DNA from: Gloeobacterales cyanobacterium | Lineage (GTDB): Bacteria; Cyanobacteriota; Cyanobacteriia; Gloeobacterales; PMM-0068 | Assembly: GCA_038245785.1 (NCBI GenBank) | Contig: JBBRSB010000008.1 | Span: 1-64,000, forward strand | DNA: 64,000 nucleotides | Direction: 5' to 3' | In this document: in pieces, positions 1 through 9,670 of the stretch | Layout: each line of letters starts with the position of its first letter | How positions within the stretch are numbered: the stretch's first letter is position 1 | Notes under the pieces: model-generated | Database searches by the model: none | Told to the model about the DNA's origin: nothing | What the model saw: the letters and a program-made list of their open reading frames with translations, nothing else | Made by a program: the position numbers and the translations under genes

Positions 1-1
1 G

Positions 2-181
<180 letters not shown>

Positions 182-208
182 TCACTGATTGACTAAGAGA
201 TTGAAAAG

Positions 209-235
209 AGAGGGGCCTTAGGGTCCCTCTTTTTT
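209..235 (+). terminator. Rho-independent terminator of psbA
   Basis: AGAGGGGCC-TTAG-GGTCCCTCT hairpin followed by a T run, 28 nt after the psbA stop. Confidence 0.85.
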
Positions 236-297
236 GTTGAGCGATTCTTCGATGTTTTGTTTGGCAACATTTGTCCTTACATCATTAAAGTAGACAG

Positions 298-349
298 TAA
301 AAATCCAGCTAGAATCCCCATTGCAATGGGGATTCTAGCTGGATTTTTA
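298..349. repeat. Perfect 52-bp palindrome with no spacer
   Basis: TAAAAATCCAGCTAGAATCCCCATTG|CAATGGGGATTCTAGCTGGATTTTTA, checked base by base. Confidence 0.95.
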
Positions 350-450
350 TACGAAATGTTTCGTTCTTCAACTTAAGAGTATTAGTATTTAAATTAGAAG
401 ACAAAATTTCTGTTAAGCTATATGACCAGAGAGCCTAAGAAAATATTTAC

Positions 451-1353
451 ATGCTCACTGCTGTTCCTAACCCATCTTCAGATAGCCACTTCTGCCTTAA
501 ACATAGTGACTCACGTTTACCAGATATAAAACTGCTTGAACTTTCTGAAGAAGCTTTTAATGAAGCTTTTTTGAGCGCTAGCCATATCCTAGTGGATTAT
601 CTCAAGCTGATTGAGTCGTTTTCTATGGATATCTCAGATTCCCTAAATGAAGTCTGGTACACAGCCAGCATGGGACTATTTAGAAAGCTTCAGCATCATT
701 ACCATTCTGCTGTTCTACTTGAAACTCATCACGACCAAGTAGGGAGCCAATTTTTACTTGAGCAACTACGAGAGTGTGCCATTACGCTTGCTTACTTGCT
801 TGAAGAAACAGATAAAGAGATTTTTAGGCAATATACGGAAGCTTCTGTACAACAAGTTTTCAGTTTGCTGGAACAAACTAAAGAACAGTTACACCAGTTT
901 CCTGGACAAAAAGGTTTACTTAGTTTGAAAGACCAGCTTGAGCAAGTGATTTTTCAGTATAAAGACTATCCTACAGCTACTAAGAAATTCAACCGCTGGG
1001 GACCAGAGGAAGCTAATACGACAACTAAGCGGGAGGCCATTTTAAAACTTGAGCTGCTACATGATCCAGCCCGACTCTTAACCGCACAAGTTATACCAGC
1101 CAGTTGGTTAGATCTACACCTGAATTATGCTGACCTCTATCACTCCCAAGTGCACTCAAAGGCACATACAAATTTTACGAACTTAAGTAGTGCAGCCTAC
1201 CTATGTCTTCATGTGTCTCGGATTTTCCTGGAGCAGATGGTGGATAGTTCAATAGTAGACAAAGAGAGCTATCTACAGGAAGACCTGAATACTTTATTCC
1301 TTTGGCACAATGAGGCTCATAAGGCATGTTCCGATTTGCAGGGAAAAGAGTAA
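451..1353 (+). CDS. Hypothetical protein (predominantly helical, His-rich)
   Basis: 300-aa ORF with ATG start; no motif confidently recognised. Confidence 0.7.
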   Translation: MLTAVPNPSSDSHFCLKHSDSRLPDIKLLELSEEAFNEAFLSASHILVDYLKLIESFSMDISDSLNEVWYTASMGLFRKLQHHYHSAVLLETHHDQVGSQFLLEQLRECAITLAYLLEETDKEIFRQYTEASVQQVFSLLEQTKEQLHQFPGQKGLLSLKDQLEQVIFQYKDYPTATKKFNRWGPEEANTTTKREAILKLELLHDPARLLTAQVIPASWLDLHLNYADLYHSQVHSKAHTNFTNLSSAAYLCLHVSRIFLEQMVDSSIVDKESYLQEDLNTLFLWHNEAHKACSDLQGKE

Positions 1354-1354
1354 G

Positions 1355-1753
1355 CTATGGGCGAAAACGGCCCCCACGGCTCATGCGATAACTAAACTCA
1401 CTTACCGATGGATTGGGTTTATCTGGGCTAATGGTGCCAGTAGTTTTTCCCCAGTCTTCTCTTCTAGCAATTGAATGACTTATAGCGCCATTTCCACTTC
1501 GGCGTACTAGCAGCCATAAATTACCATGGTTGCTGCAAAAGAATTCTTCCACCCAACAATCATCATCAACATAACTACCTTTAGTAGCTAAAAAAGTTGC
1601 TTTTCTATTAGGGAGATTAGCATTTTTTGAAATCTCATCAGCTCCATTATAAAAAAGGCGATGCTTGGGGCCGTTCAAACGCCATAGGCGAAGGTCACAG
1701 TAAGGACAGGAAATTCGGTAAGCATTGCGACATCTGCTGCGTTTATTTACCAT
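1355..1753 (-). CDS. Hypothetical protein with putative Zn-binding CPYC...CSNH motif
   Basis: 132-aa ORF with GAGG RBS upstream; CxxC and CxxH pairs; the C-terminal PNPSVSEFS resembles a small cyanobacterial family. Confidence 0.75.
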   Translation of the reverse strand: MVNKRSRCRNAYRISCPYCDLRLWRLNGPKHRLFYNGADEISKNANLPNRKATFLATKGSYVDDDCWVEEFFCSNHGNLWLLVRRSGNGAISHSIARREDWGKTTGTISPDKPNPSVSEFSYRMSRGGRFRP

Positions 1754-1943
1754 GAGTTACCTCGCGCAATTATCAATGGTTAGAAAATCTTGAATAGACA
1801 AGCCAAGGAAATAGTTGAATGTTTGTCTGTATACAAAGCAACTTTGCTGAGAGTCTACGGTATGCAAACTCTAGCTCTTTATTTATAGCAATGCTGTATT
1901 TACGAATTCATTTTAAGAATTGACTTGTAAAATGGGCCAAAAC

Positions 1944-2765
1944 TTATGCGGTAGAAGCGCCTGGACCTGTGGATTCTACTGGCCATTGCCGATAGTTAAG
2001 ACGCCAGTCATGGCCTTTCACCGCCAGAGCAGCAAGACAGTCGGTAGTCGGTGTAAACGACTGAAGAGACCAGTGAGCACTCACCTGCGCATCTTGAGCA
2101 ACCCCCACCAATCGAGCCGGTTTCCCCTCTATTGGGGTGATCTCCACATCTCTTAGCAGATGGGTTAGACTTTTACCCGTAGCTTTGAGATAAGCTTCTT
2201 TGAAAGTCCATAACCGGAAAAATGCTCGGGGCTGCTCATGGGGAGGAAGTGCTTTTATAAGCGCATGTTCTCTAGGTGAAAAGAAGCGTTGGGCTAGCTG
2301 TTCAGCCGTAGGAACCGGGCGAATATATTCTAGATCCACCCCCACCTCCCAGTTCCAAGCAAGTGCACAGAGGGCTAGCCCATTGGAGTGAGATAGGTTG
2401 AAATGGAGTGTGTTTCCATGTAAGTTCGAGTGACGGACTAAGGCAGGCTTGCCCTTAGGCCCATAGCAAAATTGCAGGCGGTCCGGCTCACAGTTTAAAT
2501 ATCGTCCCAGAATCGACCTCAACTGACCCCGCGCAGCAATAAAACGCCTGCGGTCCTGCTCAAAATGAAATCGTTGGGCTCGTTCCCGTTCATTCTCGGA
2601 AAGAACTTGGCTAAATGCTTGAACCATCAGGTCTGGTTGGTCCAAAGTGATTTGCCATATATGGACTTCATCCCCAGCCATTAACAAATCTGCAGAGGTT
2701 GTGGACCACCATCCCCAGCAATCCTGCATGGCAATAGTTTTCATTTGTATATCCCATAAAAGCAA
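1944..2765 (-). CDS. hetI: Sfp/HetI-type 4'-phosphopantetheinyl transferase
   Basis: GKP, FNLSHS, VGVDLE and FFRLWTFKEAYLKATG motifs; last gene of the PKS operon. The true start may be a downstream ATG. Confidence 0.93.
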   Translation of the reverse strand: MLLWDIQMKTIAMQDCWGWWSTTSADLLMAGDEVHIWQITLDQPDLMVQAFSQVLSENERERAQRFHFEQDRRRFIAARGQLRSILGRYLNCEPDRLQFCYGPKGKPALVRHSNLHGNTLHFNLSHSNGLALCALAWNWEVGVDLEYIRPVPTAEQLAQRFFSPREHALIKALPPHEQPRAFFRLWTFKEAYLKATGKSLTHLLRDVEITPIEGKPARLVGVAQDAQVSAHWSLQSFTPTTDCLAALAVKGHDWRLNYRQWPVESTGPGASTA

Positions 2766-2767
2766 TT

Positions 2768-3964
2768 TCAGGAATAAATATCCGCAGGGTCTGCCTCTCG
2801 TAGTTTACGTACGGCAAGAACACCCGCGAGAAAACACATTAATGCTGTTAAGAGAAAGACAACAATAGCTCGGCCAAGTTCCATATAAATAGGTAATCGA
2901 GCAGACTGAGCAATTAAGTTATAAACACCTAGGGAGAGGAAGAATCCTGGGATATATCCCAGAATAGATAATAACAAAGCTTCCTGAAAAACGATTCCCA
3001 GTAAATAGGTATTTGTATAGCCTATGGCTTTCAATGTGGCATATTCTCCAAGATGTGCGGATACATCGCTATAGAGTACTTGGTAAACGATTACAGAGCC
3101 GACGATAAAGCCTAGAAAAGCGCCTAGCGTAAATATATAACCGATAGAGGAGCTGTCTTGCCAGTACTGTTTTTCCAGATTGATGAAATCTTCTAAGGTC
3201 AAAACGGAAACATCACTTGGAAGCCTTGCTGTCAGACTATCACGAACCTGTTGGACGTTCACTCCAGGCTCCAATTTAATTAAACCCAGACTAGGCTTAT
3301 TTAAAGACCGAGATGTAATGCGCCTGAAATTTAATTCGCTGGTCATCAAAAGTCCATCAGCAGAAAAGATTGAACCGCCTAGTCTGAATAGACCGCCGAC
3401 CTTAATTCTTCGATTATTTACCTCAGTAGTAACTCTTTTGCCTTGCTCAAATTCCGCAGAAACAGGCCCAAACTCCGAACGGGATGCTCTGTCAAAGAGC
3501 ACGACATCAGGGATTTTTAATTTATCCAGCTGTTGCGTGACTTCTGGCAAGTCAAAGGCAGGTTTATCGGGCTCGAAACCAAAAACAATAAGTGGACGAC
3601 TACGCCGTGTTTCAGGATTCTTCCAGACTACAAAAGCAGAATAAAGAGGACTTACCGATTCAACTCCTGCAAAAGCTCTGGCTTGTTCAAGACGTCGATT
3701 AGGGATGCCTTGACTAGGATAGTTGATATCAATCAGGTTATTTACTCCAGGATTGACTAAAACAAGGTCTGCTTGAAGATGGCGATGGATCTGCACCGCC
3801 GTATCATACAGAGAATCCCGTAGCCCCAGCTGAACAAATAACAATAAATTAGCAAAAGCGACTCCAGCCAAGGCAATTAGAAGCCGGGATTTTTCGCGGG
3901 TGAGTTGTAACCACGGCAGAGGTATCCCTAGGAAGTTTATCCCCCGAATAAATTTAGGTAGCAA
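2768..3964 (-). CDS. devC: DevC-family ABC exporter permease (FtsX-like)
   Basis: IPLPWLQLTREKSRLLIALAGVAFA N-terminus, VIVYQVLYSDVSAHLGEYATLKAIGY, C-terminal KLREADPADI. Confidence 0.93.
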   Translation of the reverse strand: MLPKFIRGINFLGIPLPWLQLTREKSRLLIALAGVAFANLLLFVQLGLRDSLYDTAVQIHRHLQADLVLVNPGVNNLIDINYPSQGIPNRRLEQARAFAGVESVSPLYSAFVVWKNPETRRSRPLIVFGFEPDKPAFDLPEVTQQLDKLKIPDVVLFDRASRSEFGPVSAEFEQGKRVTTEVNNRRIKVGGLFRLGGSIFSADGLLMTSELNFRRITSRSLNKPSLGLIKLEPGVNVQQVRDSLTARLPSDVSVLTLEDFINLEKQYWQDSSSIGYIFTLGAFLGFIVGSVIVYQVLYSDVSAHLGEYATLKAIGYTNTYLLGIVFQEALLLSILGYIPGFFLSLGVYNLIAQSARLPIYMELGRAIVVFLLTALMCFLAGVLAVRKLREADPADIYS

Positions 3965-5426
3965 TGTTCACCTCTACCTTCAAGTTTGTTAGGTTGGTAA
4001 CCTGCTTGCTATAGGCTGGATCTAGACGAATTTTGACCTCTACGACCCGAGAATCCACATCAGCAACAGGGTCGGCATTGAGGATATCTTTTTTGCGGAT
4101 TTGCTTACCAACCTGAGTAACGGTACCCTTGAATTTCCCGGATAAAGCATCACTGCTAACGTTGGCTCGCTGGCCCACGCGGACACGGTCAATATCACTC
4201 TCATAAACCTCAGCGACCACGTACATCTGGTCGGTCCGTCCGAGATCAGCAATGCCTTGCTGGTCAATAATTTCACCTGGCCGAGCATAGATTTTCAAAA
4301 TCTGGCCGTTCTCTGGTGAGCGTACATTAGTTAATTCCAGATCCGCCTGGGCTTCTTTGACAGCCCCCAGCGCGTCTTTAACCTGAGCTACTGCCAGACG
4401 CACATCCGTAGGGCGGACCTCTGCAACGCTAGATAAAGTAGATCGGGCTTGGTTCAATTGTTCACGCAGGCTATCTACGGCTAGACGCTTACTGTCTGCG
4501 ATGGAGATGGAAATAGCTCCTTCGTCATAGAGCTGTTGGTTGCGCTTATCTTCTGCTTCCGCATTGCGCAACTCGGCCTTTAGACGCCCAATAGTTGCTG
4601 CCTGTGCGCTAATCTCCCCCGATTTTGCTCCCGCTTTGGTCTGTGCTAAGCGAGCGCGAGCGACTTCAACCTGCTCTTTAGCTCTATCTAGTGCCGCCTG
4701 ACGGCGCTCAGCGCTGTCAAGGGTTGCAATAATCTGACCATTACGGACTCTATCTCCCTCTTTAACGAGCAGCTTACTGATGCGCTGCTTTACCTCGACG
4801 GAACTAGGCGAAGACAGACGGATGAGCTCTCCTTCTGGTTCGAGACGGCCTGAGGCTGTCACCGCTTTTGGGTCTGGAGTAAGGGCTACCGGAGGAGAAG
4901 CAGGAGATACTGGACTTTGTACCAAAGAGTTGGCTCCCAGGAGCTTGGAGAATGCCAGAGCACCACTGGTAAGCAGTGCAGCGCTCACAAACACAACCGT
5001 AGATAAGGCCAAGTAACTTGAGAACGTACGAGGCTGTGCGATTCCTCTTTGTTGCTTCAGGGTCTCCTGCTTCAGGGGAGACAGATATACCTCCTCCCCT
5101 TTAACTTTCAGCCGTTCTGAGGTGTCTACTCCTCCAGAAGGAAGAGAAGCGGAGGAAAGAGAAGATATACTTTTCGCGAGCGCGCGTGATTCTAAGAACT
5201 TGGAGCAGGCAATGGCTCCACTGGTGAGCAAGGCCGCGACCATAAACACACTGGCAGACCAGCCTAAATCACCAGGAAAAAGATTGCTCTTCACTTCTAT
5301 CCATTGAGCAGAGGGGAATTGAGCCAATGGCTTGGAAAAGGCAACAGTATGGCTGGTAAGCAGCACAGAAGCCGCAAGCACGCTGACATTCCATCTCAAG
5401 TAGTTTGCTAACAGATGACTTTTCAC
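3954..5426 (-). CDS. devB: DevB-family membrane fusion protein with extended N-terminus
   Basis: AVTASGRLEPEGE, LLVKEGDRV, coiled coil, MYVVAEVYESDI, DVDSRVVEVKIRL. Confidence 0.92.
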   Translation of the reverse strand: MKSHLLANYLRWNVSVLAASVLLTSHTVAFSKPLAQFPSAQWIEVKSNLFPGDLGWSASVFMVAALLTSGAIACSKFLESRALAKSISSLSSASLPSGGVDTSERLKVKGEEVYLSPLKQETLKQQRGIAQPRTFSSYLALSTVVFVSAALLTSGALAFSKLLGANSLVQSPVSPASPPVALTPDPKAVTASGRLEPEGELIRLSSPSSVEVKQRISKLLVKEGDRVRNGQIIATLDSAERRQAALDRAKEQVEVARARLAQTKAGAKSGEISAQAATIGRLKAELRNAEAEDKRNQQLYDEGAISISIADSKRLAVDSLREQLNQARSTLSSVAEVRPTDVRLAVAQVKDALGAVKEAQADLELTNVRSPENGQILKIYARPGEIIDQQGIADLGRTDQMYVVAEVYESDIDRVRVGQRANVSSDALSGKFKGTVTQVGKQIRKKDILNADPVADVDSRVVEVKIRLDPAYSKQVTNLTNLKVEVNIAT

Positions 5427-5455
5427 ATCTGCCTCCTATTTAGATTTAGAGGTAA

Positions 5456-6193
5456 TCAATTTTGTCGGGGCATAAATTCGAACGAACTGGATGGTGATTC
5501 CGTCTCACGTTCCGAGTTCAACAGTCGGCCGTCCTCCATATAAATTGTGCGGTCAGCGACATTTAGAATGCGGTTATCGTGGGTCACTAGCAAGATGGCG
5601 CATCCTTGTTGCTTGGCAAGATGCTGCATAAGCTCTACTACATCCCGTCCCGTTTTCTTGTCGAGGGCTGCAGTGGGCTCATCTGCCAGAATCAATTGCG
5701 GGTTGTTTACTAAGGCGCGGGCAATGGCTACCCGTTGCTTTTGACCCCCGGAGAGATTTTGGGGATAGCAATCCACATATTCTGCCAAGCCGACGGTTTT
5801 GAGCATAGCCTCTGATTTTGAGCAGGCATCCTCAGAGGAAACCTTTTTCTGAAGTTGGACTGACATTTGAACATTCTGCCGGGCTGTCAGAAAAGGGATT
5901 AAGTTATGGCCCTGGAAGATATAGCCGATTTTGCGGCGAATCTGGACTAATTGTCGCTCTTGAGCATCATGAAGCTCATAACCAACAAATTGAAGACGAC
6001 CTTCCTGAACAGAACGCAAACCGCCAATCAAGCTTAAAAGTGTGGTTTTACCTGATCCTGAAGGACCAGCCATAATTACAATTTCACCAGGTTGAATCTC
6101 TAAAGAAATGTCAAAGAGCACCTGTTTACATAATGAGCCTTGTCCAAAGTAGTGGTTGAGTCTTTGAATCGCAACGACAGGCAAATGAGACAT
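5456..6193 (-). CDS. devA: DevA-family ABC transporter ATP-binding protein
   Basis: Walker A GPSGSGKT, LSGGQKQRVAIARAL, ILADEPTAALD, VTHD; LNHYFGQG N-terminus typical of DevA. Confidence 0.93.
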   Translation of the reverse strand: MSHLPVVAIQRLNHYFGQGSLCKQVLFDISLEIQPGEIVIMAGPSGSGKTTLLSLIGGLRSVQEGRLQFVGYELHDAQERQLVQIRRKIGYIFQGHNLIPFLTARQNVQMSVQLQKKVSSEDACSKSEAMLKTVGLAEYVDCYPQNLSGGQKQRVAIARALVNNPQLILADEPTAALDKKTGRDVVELMQHLAKQQGCAILLVTHDNRILNVADRTIYMEDGRLLNSERETESPSSSFEFMPRQN

Positions 6194-6375
6194 TGAAAGA
6201 CCTCAATGTATGTAAGATGACATTGCAAGGGAAACTAGCAGAACGAAGTAATCTGACATTCTCTTTTCCATAGATCAATTCCAAAACATAAATAACAGCA
6301 CCCTATCTAATTGCAAATTCTCTGTTCATGGTAGTTAGATCTGCATGTGAATGGTTTTTAGTTTGAAACTGCTTC

Positions 6376-7542
6376 TTAGGTTAGAACTACATTTTTCTCG
6401 TACTTCTGGAGTTCAGACCCTGGCCTAGCTATTTCCTTTTCAAATAAGCCCAATGAGCGCATAACTGCTTGATCCATGTCGTAATACCTGTAATCTCCTA
6501 ATCGTCCGGCAAACAAAACGGTGCCATTGAGTTTTTCAACTTCTTTGGTGTAAAGATTCAGACGAGCGCGATTCGCTTCATTCAAAATAGGATAGTAGGG
6601 ATCGTTCTTGCCCGGCACATAGGCTTGCGGGTATTCCATCATCAGGGTGGTTTTGGGAGAGCTTTGTCCCGATAAATATTTTTGTTCCGTGATGCGAGTG
6701 ATGTCGTAATCATTGGGATAATTTACCGTCCCCACTTCTTGATACCACTCTTGTTCTACCGTCTCAGACTGAAAGTGAACGCTGCGATAGGGTAACTCAC
6801 CATAGGCATAATCAAAAAAGGCATCGATCGGGCCAGTACAAATCAGCCGATTAAATTTAATATCGTTAATAACTTCTCGATAATTCGTGTTCAGCAACAC
6901 TTTTATATTGGGATGGGCCAGCATCCGTCGAAACATTTCGGTATAACCCAGCCTGGGCATTGCCTGGTATGGATCTTGAAAGTAACGATTATCGCGGCTG
7001 ATATAGACTGGAACTCGCCCTGTGACACCCCGATCCAGTTCTTCTGGTTTCAGATTCCATTGCTTTTGGGTGTAGCGAAGAAAAATATTGTTGTAGATGT
7101 AATCGGCTAGAAATTTCAGGTCGCCACTTGTGTTTTCCCTCAGTTTGAAAATAGGAACCTTGACACCAAAACCAAAATTTTCTAATAACAAGTTTTCGAG
7201 CTTTTCGGCATAGCGGGGAGGAAACAAGTCATAGAGGCTATTGAGATTGAATGGAATGGGAACTTTCTTTCCTTCAATCACACCGAGGACGTGGTGATAG
7301 TAATGTCGCCATTCCGTAAATTGGGAAAGGTGATCCCAGACCTTTTTCGACTTGGTATGAAAGATGTGAGGCCCATACTTGTGCACCAGAATACCGTGCT
7401 CATTGTAATAGTCGTAGCTGTTCCCACCAATGTGGTCACGCTGTTCGACTATTAGTACCCGTTGCCCGAACTGAGTGGCGATGCGTTCCGCTAACACACA
7501 TCCTGAATAGCCTGCCCCGACGATTAACCAATCACATCGCAT
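6376..7542 (-). CDS. glf: UDP-galactopyranose mutase
   Basis: IVGAGYSG FAD motif, HIGGNSYD, HKYGPHIFHT, YFQDPYQAMP, GRLGDYRYYDMD. Confidence 0.96.
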   Translation of the reverse strand: MRCDWLIVGAGYSGCVLAERIATQFGQRVLIVEQRDHIGGNSYDYYNEHGILVHKYGPHIFHTKSKKVWDHLSQFTEWRHYYHHVLGVIEGKKVPIPFNLNSLYDLFPPRYAEKLENLLLENFGFGVKVPIFKLRENTSGDLKFLADYIYNNIFLRYTQKQWNLKPEELDRGVTGRVPVYISRDNRYFQDPYQAMPRLGYTEMFRRMLAHPNIKVLLNTNYREVINDIKFNRLICTGPIDAFFDYAYGELPYRSVHFQSETVEQEWYQEVGTVNYPNDYDITRITEQKYLSGQSSPKTTLMMEYPQAYVPGKNDPYYPILNEANRARLNLYTKEVEKLNGTVLFAGRLGDYRYYDMDQAVMRSLGLFEKEIARPGSELQKYEKNVVLT

Positions 7543-7575
7543 TGTTCATACTCCGAAGATTTATTATGGTGTCGC

Positions 7576-8757
7576 CTATTCAAACGAGTAGGGTTCATGG
7601 ATGGCTTTCAGTGCACCAGTTTCAAGGATGCTTTCTAAGCAACGGACCACTTCAAACACAGCTTGATTTTGATAGGCTTCGACCTTAGCGCGATAACGGG
7701 AAAAGGTTTCCGGTTGGAGCAGTTGGGCCACCGCATGAGACACATCGCGAAAATGCCGAACAACAATGCCTAACTCCTGCTCTTCTAGCCAATCTGCACT
7801 TGCTCGCTCCTGAAACAGGGTCATGACCGGGTGGCACTCCGTGATGACGGGCAACTTCATGGCGATCGCCTCACTAATGCCTACACTACCGGGTTTACCA
7901 ATAAAGAAATCCGCCAGATGCATGTAGTAGGGAATCTGATTTGTAAACCCTTCCACAAAGTAGGGGATGCGACTAGGTCGCTGACGCAAATCTCTGGCTA
8001 AGGCTTTATTACGCCCACAAATGAAGATGAGTTGCAGGTTAAGCGTCGACTGCTCCAGGCGATCGGCAATCTCAATCATTTCCCTGGAGCCGTGACTGCC
8101 AAAAGTAATTAAGCCCGTAGGCAGATTGGGCTGCAGTCCCAACCGTTGGCGTTCTTGCTGGCGAACCACTGGATCGGCAGTTCTAGAATTCAGCATCACA
8201 GGCTGATTAAACTGGGGATGGATCACTACACCTGAGGTCTGAAACAGCTTCTCATCGGGAAACCCAACCGCTTTTGCCTGCTGGATGGCACGCTGGGAAG
8301 GACAGATCAGAAATTGCTCTTGGGGCTCAATCCAGAAATGGGTCGGACAATCGGCAAAATCAGTGATGGAGGTGACAAAAGGGGTTGCGGGACATTCCAG
8401 CCGCAGGCTTTCGCAAAGGGCTCGGTTTACATGGGGGAGCAAAGAAACGACCAAATCGGGCTGATGCTCACGCCAGTATTTTCTAAGACGGTTTCGCCAG
8501 GCAAAATGATGCAAGCGAATTTGCAGCTTAAACAAAGGAACTGATATGGGATCGTTAATAAGTCTTGCCCACTTTTTCTTAAGAACCAAATTGTTATAAA
8601 AATCCTGAGAAAAACTCGTTCCAAAGATTTCTTTAAAAACCTCGATCACTTCGACTTGCCATGGCAAATTCTGATGCTCAATAACCTTTTGTAAAGCATT
8701 TGCGGTGCTACGATGACCTCCGCCCATGTCAAAAATCGCAAAATATACTCTTTTCAT
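7576..8757 (-). CDS. Glycosyltransferase, MGDG-synthase/UgtP-like (GT28)
   Basis: N-terminal MGGGHRS, PDLVVS, ITDF, FIGKPG..ISEA motifs. Confidence 0.88.
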   Translation of the reverse strand: MKRVYFAIFDMGGGHRSTANALQKVIEHQNLPWQVEVIEVFKEIFGTSFSQDFYNNLVLKKKWARLINDPISVPLFKLQIRLHHFAWRNRLRKYWREHQPDLVVSLLPHVNRALCESLRLECPATPFVTSITDFADCPTHFWIEPQEQFLICPSQRAIQQAKAVGFPDEKLFQTSGVVIHPQFNQPVMLNSRTADPVVRQQERQRLGLQPNLPTGLITFGSHGSREMIEIADRLEQSTLNLQLIFICGRNKALARDLRQRPSRIPYFVEGFTNQIPYYMHLADFFIGKPGSVGISEAIAMKLPVITECHPVMTLFQERASADWLEEQELGIVVRHFRDVSHAVAQLLQPETFSRYRAKVEAYQNQAVFEVVRCLESILETGALKAIHEPYSFE

Positions 8758-9612
8758 TTAATTAGTTTTCCTATAAATAGTTACTTTTGCCTTCGCCTCC
8801 ATCTGATTCTCTATTCGCATTTGATTTAGATTGGTTATGCCCATCCACCGATAAACCGTATCTCCAAAGCGTGGGAAAATTTGTTCGATCGCAAATAACA
8901 GTTTGGTAAGAACTTCTGTTGCAGGATCCTGATTGACAATTACTTCGGCTTGATTCTTTTCGATTGCCGCGATCGTTGCTTTGGCTGTCTTTTCTAGCGT
9001 AGACGTACCCGATAATTTTGGTATTGGCACGCCAGTATCGGCAGTCATTCCTTGTCCAGAGATATATCCCGGACAGACTAATGAGATTTTCACGCTAGTA
9101 CCAGCCAATTCTTGCCGAAGTGCATCCGACCACATAATCAAGCCAGCTTTACTGGCTGAATAGATGCTGTTATAAGGCGCTCCCTTTTTACCAGCCAGAG
9201 AGGCAATATTAACGATATGACCGCACCTACGGAGCAGTAGCAAACGAGTTAACTCCATTGCAGCCAGTAAATTCGTGTTCAACACCGACTGAATTTCGGA
9301 GGTGGAATAATTTTGGAAACTTTTGTAGATTTCTATACCCGCATTATTAATTAAGATGTCAATCGAACCTGCTCGCTGCTCGATCTGTAAAATTAGGGCT
9401 GGCAATTCTTCCACTCGACTCATGTCACAGGGAATGCCTATCCACTTACCCCCTAATGCTTGGACTGCATCGGCTACCTGCTCCAGGCTATCTTGAGAGC
9501 GAGAAACACCAACAATAGTCGCCCTTTTTCTCGCCAGAGCAAGAGCCAAAAAGGCTCCTAGGCCGCGCGAAGCACCTGTCACAAGTACTGTCTTCCCTGC
9601 AATGGTTGTCAT
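8758..9612 (-). CDS. hetN: HetN-like short-chain dehydrogenase/ketoacyl reductase
   Basis: TGASRGLG, NNAG, YSASK catalytic motif; MTTIAGKTVLVTG N-terminus. ERGSGR-type signal is not conserved (LRRCGH at that position). Confidence 0.82.
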   Translation of the reverse strand: MTTIAGKTVLVTGASRGLGAFLALALARKRATIVGVSRSQDSLEQVADAVQALGGKWIGIPCDMSRVEELPALILQIEQRAGSIDILINNAGIEIYKSFQNYSTSEIQSVLNTNLLAAMELTRLLLLRRCGHIVNIASLAGKKGAPYNSIYSASKAGLIMWSDALRQELAGTSVKISLVCPGYISGQGMTADTGVPIPKLSGTSTLEKTAKATIAAIEKNQAEVIVNQDPATEVLTKLLFAIEQIFPRFGDTVYRWMGITNLNQMRIENQMEAKAKVTIYRKTN

Positions 9613-9670
9613 AGATTAGTTAGTATCCGATTGATTTTTTGTAGCGAGTGCTTAAGTCCCTACCGCGAAC

